64,000 nucleotides of DNA from Syntrophales bacterium. Lineage in GTDB: Bacteria > Desulfobacterota > Syntrophia > Syntrophales > UBA6807. Positions 60,579 to 64,000 of the stretch are shown one piece after another. The stretch's first letter is position 1. Each line of letters starts with the position of its first letter. Position numbers and translations under genes: made by a program. A model generated the notes under the pieces. The model saw only the letters and a program-made list of their open reading frames with translations. It was not told the origin of the DNA and did no database searches. Location: NCBI GenBank assembly GCA_040767195.1, contig JAXGPA010000003.1, positions 259,045-323,044 of the forward strand, read 5' to 3'.

Positions 60579-62542
60579 ATTCGAGGATCTTTATCGGACA
60601 GGTAAAACACGAGAGGCTGAAACCGGTCCGGCACCAGCTGGCGTATCCGCTCTATGTTTACTGTTTTGACCTGGACGAGCTGACCGAACTGGACCGGACG
60701 CTGCCGCTCTTCGGTTACAACCGCCCGCGACCGGCATCCCTGTATGACCGGGACTATCTCGACGACAGCGATGGGACCGTCAGGGAAAAACTGACTCGTT
60801 TTCTCGAGGCTGAAGGATATGCCGATGCGGTGACAACCGTCATGCTCGTAACATCCGCCCGATACTTCAACTATATATTCAACCCGGTGAGTTTCTACTA
60901 CTGCTTCTCCCGGCGGGGTGATCTGGTCTGCGTCGTTGCCGAGGTGAACAATACCTTCGGCGAGCGGCACGTCTACATACCCCGGCGGACAGATAAGGAA
61001 GGGAACGGTTTCCCCGCCCGTTTTTCGGCGCCGAAGCACTTTCACGTGTCGCCCTTTAACGACATGACCGGAAGCTACGAGTTCGTTTTCTCCGATATCA
61101 GAAAAGAACTGTTCATTCGCATCAACCTCTACCGAGACGACGAGCTCGCGTTCTACGCGGAACTCTGGGGAACGCCCGTTCCCCTGACGGCGTCCCGGCA
61201 CGCGAAAGTGCTTCTTTCGCACCCGTTGATTCCCCACCTGACAATACCAAGGATTTACTGGGAAGCGGCCAAGCTCTTTTTCGTCCGGAAACTTTCGTAC
61301 CACGAAAAACCGGTTCCTCTCAGCATGATGACGATTCGGCGGAACCCCCCTACCCTTTTTCAGAAGCGGTGCATGAACTTCATTGTCACCCTTTTAAACC
61401 GGATAAGGCACGGCGCGATCCGGATGACCCTGCCGGACGGCACGGCACGGACGTTCGGTCCGGAATCGACGAAAGACCCGGGCGTTATGGACATCCATGA
61501 TTACGGTTTCTTCTCCCGCGTCATCCTGGGAGGAGACATCGGTCTGGGCGAGGCCTATGTGGACGGGCTGTGGGACAGCCCGGATCCGGTAACGGTGATC
61601 TCCGCTTTCATCGAAAACCGAAACAGCGTATCCGACGGCGGCTTTATCACCACGGTATACACCCGTCTCCGAGACCGGATCCTTCATCTTGCCCGGGCGA
61701 ACACGCCCGCCGGCGCGCGGAGAAACATCCGGAGGCATTACGATCTCAGCAACGACTTCTTCGAGACCTTTCTCGACAGGTCAATGACATATTCCTGCGG
61801 GATTTTTAATTCCCCTGGCGACACCCTGGAAGACGCTCAAAAGAACAAGCATCACGCCGTCATCGAAAAGGCCCGGATAACGGCCGACGACCATGTCCTC
61901 GAGATCGGCTGCGGCTGGGGCGGTTTCGCTATTGAGGCCGTGAAAGAGACGGGCTGCAGGCTCACCGGCATTACCGTTTCCCAGGCCCAGTACGATTATG
62001 CCAGAAACCGGGTTTTCAAAGAGGGGCTGGACGATCGCATCACCCTTCATCTCAGGGATTATCGAGAGATGGGCGGCAAGTTCGACAAGATCGTGTCGAT
62101 CGAAATGCTCGAGGCGGTAGGGCACAAGCAGCTTGGAACGTTTTTTCACAAGCTGGACGACCTGTTACGGGAAAACGGGCGGATCGTTCTCCAGGCAATC
62201 TCCATCCCCGATCAGCGATATGACGGCTACCGGAAGGATGCGGACTGGATTCGCAAGCACATTTTCCCCGGCGGACACCTTCCGTCGCTCGGCGCGTTGA
62301 TCAAGGCCATGAAGAACCATTCTTCCCTCACCGTTGACGACGTGGAGAACATCGGCCTCCACTACGCCCGGACGCTCCGGGAGTGGCGCCGCCGGTTCGA
62401 AGAAAATATCGACGCTGTCAGCGCCATGGGGTTTGACCGGTCCTTCCGCCGGAAATGGCTGTACTACCTGGCAAGCTGTGAAGCGACCTTCGCCACGCGG
62501 TACCTGGGAGACCTGCAGCTCGTTCTCACCAGGCCTGGATAG
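60575..62542 (+). CDS. DUF1365 (UfaO-like) fused to a Cfa/UfaM-like SAM-dependent fatty-acid methyltransferase
   Basis: N-half: HERLKPVRH, FNPVSFYYC, AEVNNTFGERH, FHVSPF, IYWEAAKL; C-half: GLGEAY, HYDLSNDFF, MTYSC, LEIGCGWG, SIEMLEAVG, IFPGG; one continuous frame. Confidence 0.88.
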   Translation: MNSRIFIGQVKHERLKPVRHQLAYPLYVYCFDLDELTELDRTLPLFGYNRPRPASLYDRDYLDDSDGTVREKLTRFLEAEGYADAVTTVMLVTSARYFNYIFNPVSFYYCFSRRGDLVCVVAEVNNTFGERHVYIPRRTDKEGNGFPARFSAPKHFHVSPFNDMTGSYEFVFSDIRKELFIRINLYRDDELAFYAELWGTPVPLTASRHAKVLLSHPLIPHLTIPRIYWEAAKLFFVRKLSYHEKPVPLSMMTIRRNPPTLFQKRCMNFIVTLLNRIRHGAIRMTLPDGTARTFGPESTKDPGVMDIHDYGFFSRVILGGDIGLGEAYVDGLWDSPDPVTVISAFIENRNSVSDGGFITTVYTRLRDRILHLARANTPAGARRNIRRHYDLSNDFFETFLDRSMTYSCGIFNSPGDTLEDAQKNKHHAVIEKARITADDHVLEIGCGWGGFAIEAVKETGCRLTGITVSQAQYDYARNRVFKEGLDDRITLHLRDYREMGGKFDKIVSIEMLEAVGHKQLGTFFHKLDDLLRENGRIVLQAISIPDQRYDGYRKDADWIRKHIFPGGHLPSLGALIKAMKNHSSLTVDDVENIGLHYARTLREWRRRFEENIDAVSAMGFDRSFRRKWLYYLASCEATFATRYLGDLQLVLTRPG

Positions 62543-62696
62543 GGGACAGGGCATGACGCAAGCGAAACAACCCGCGCCATTCTCATGGGCAGCGGCCACG
62601 ATCAACGTCGTGCCCGACGGGATGTGAGCCGGGTTTCGACCTCCCTTCTTCAGGCTTGTCGATGACACGGGTTTTTTAAAAAAGAGGCAAAGATAA

Positions 62697-63305
62697 ATGG
62701 AAATGAAAGGGAAACGCAACATGGGACCGAACAAGAGACGAACGTTTCTCGGCGTCATTGTTCTCGTTATCCTGATGGGGTGCGGGGGAAAAGGATTCAA
62801 GGAGGGAACTGAAATGACATACAACAGGATGCTCGCCGATACGGATCCGAAGACAATGGAAACGGTCCAGCCCGGCTCCGAAAAGGAACGGGAGGCGATC
62901 GATCGATTTAAATCATTCTATCAAGTCTTTTCGGCGGAAATCATCAAAGACAGAATCAGGACTGTCTATGCCGGGCCAGCCTATTTTCGTGACGGGTACC
63001 GGGAGGTCACGGGACTTGATAACATCGAGGCGTATTTCCTCAAGAGCGCCGAAACGGTCCACGAGTGTACCTTCGACATTCAGGATGTCGCCGTCCACGA
63101 GGGCAATTACTACTTCCGGTGGGTCATGAACCTGACGACAAAACGCTGGAAGGACGAACCGATAACGGCGGTGGGCATGTCCCATGTCCGGTTCGACCAG
63201 GAGGGAAAGGTTATTTTTCACCAGGATTACTGGGATACGAGTCTCGTGTACGAGAAGATTCCCATCGTGGGTTCGGTCATTCGATGGGTCAGGGAGCAGT
63301 TTTGA
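62697..63305 (+). CDS. SnoaL/NTF2-like lipoprotein
   Basis: Lipobox-like LMGC; Y....YFRD, GLDNIEAYF, GMSHVRF, HQDYWD, YEKIPIVG. Confidence 0.78.
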   Translation: MEMKGKRNMGPNKRRTFLGVIVLVILMGCGGKGFKEGTEMTYNRMLADTDPKTMETVQPGSEKEREAIDRFKSFYQVFSAEIIKDRIRTVYAGPAYFRDGYREVTGLDNIEAYFLKSAETVHECTFDIQDVAVHEGNYYFRWVMNLTTKRWKDEPITAVGMSHVRFDQEGKVIFHQDYWDTSLVYEKIPIVGSVIRWVREQF

Positions 63306-63437
63306 TCGTTCCCTCCTGTGGGAAAGCACCATTCTCATTCTGACCGCCGGCGGTCCCCTCGACGGGCGCAACGCCCCGTCCCGTTCTCATTGTTTTCGGT
63401 GCTTCAATTGCAGGTTACCGAATAAGGAGGTGTCTTC

Positions 63438-63941
63438 ATGCGTTTCTGTTTTGTTTTACTGTCCATCGCTGGAACCTCGGCCCTTGTCTTCGGCATGGTC
63501 GCCCCCGATTTCACAGCGAATTCATATGACGGCCGGCAGATAACCCTGTCGGCACTGCGGCAGCAGGGCCCCGTCATGCTTGTCTTTCTCCGTGGATTCG
63601 GCTGACCTTACGCCCGACAGCATCTGGGACAGATGAAAGAGGATTTCGAGGAATTCAGATCGAGAAACACCACGATCGTCGTCGTCGCGCCGCACAGCCC
63701 GGAAAAAGTGGACGCCTACTGGAAGAAGGAAAGCCTGCCCATGATCGGCATCCCCGACGAGGACGGAAAGCTGGCCGAGCTCTATGGCCAGGAGTGGAAA
63801 ATACTGAAGCTTGGCCGGATGCCCGCGCTCTTCGTGATCGACCGTAACGGTTCCCTCGCATTCGCCCACTACGGGACCAGCATGTCGGACATACCCGAAA
63901 ACACCGACGTCTTAAAGGTCCTCGACGGCCTCATGGCATAG
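63438..63941 (+). CDS. Peroxiredoxin-like (AhpC/TSA) selenoprotein with in-frame UGA at 63603-63605
   Basis: AAGGAGG RBS, ATG 63438; APDFTA..ITLS..GPVMLVFLRGFG-UGA-PYARQH continues in frame into the 63633-63941 ORF (MPALFVID); hairpin CATCTG-GGA-CAGATG 15 nt after the UGA. Confidence 0.82.
63621..63635 (+). promoter_or_regulatory. Candidate bacterial SECIS stem-loop
   Basis: CATCTG/CAGATG stem with G-containing apical loop just downstream of the in-frame UGA. Confidence 0.6.
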
Positions 63942-63944
63942 CAC

Positions 63945-64000
63945 GGGGTCGGACCAAGTTAATGTGTTGATACAATTGCAAATATCTCTAAAAAAGAGGC
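63945..64000 (+). repeat. Right-type end R2 (starts GGGGTCGGACCAAG; runs off window)
   Basis: Core begins 3 nt after the selenoprotein stop; aligns with R1. Confidence 0.85.

Noticed and set aside
63633..63941. 102-aa ORF as a stand-alone gene
   Set aside because: It lacks the active-site half of the fold and is better explained as the post-UGA part of 63438-63941.
55774..64000. CRISPR array or integron attC array
   Set aside because: Repeats alternate in orientation and are kilobases apart; no cas or intI gene and no attC-type RYYYAAC/GTTRRRY boundaries recognised.

Overview
A GC-rich bacterial chromosome segment; gene content suggests an anaerobic deltaproteobacterium such as a Syntrophales-like organism (inference). 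From left to right: a housekeeping block (clpP-tig, tRNA-Leu, mnmA-mtaB-rnc-radical SAM-era-der), a livKHMGF transporter, two secreted proteins of unknown function, an AT-rich membrane-protein gene, and a Nudix-Nudix-OFOR(alpha/beta)-pckA-pfk cluster. Then tandem MTA/SAH-deaminase-like paralogues, two CxxCH-bearing envelope proteins (one downstream of a porin), sbcCD, acyl-CoA metabolism genes and a two-component system. The last ~8.5 kb is the most unusual part. Two unrelated cargo blocks each sit between a left-type and a right-type end that share the inverted core CTTGGTCCGACCCC / GGGGTCGGACCAAG. Cargo 1 is an S8-PKD protease. Cargo 2 is a UfaD-like gene, a DUF1365::Cfa fusion, a SnoaL lipoprotein and a peroxiredoxin-like gene with an in-frame UGA plus SECIS-like hairpin, whose 5' part the ORF track misses. 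A 5'-truncated pseudogene abuts the outer edge of each left-type end, and no transposase or recombinase is recognisable in the window. All calls are by-eye motif recognition; no database searches were run.
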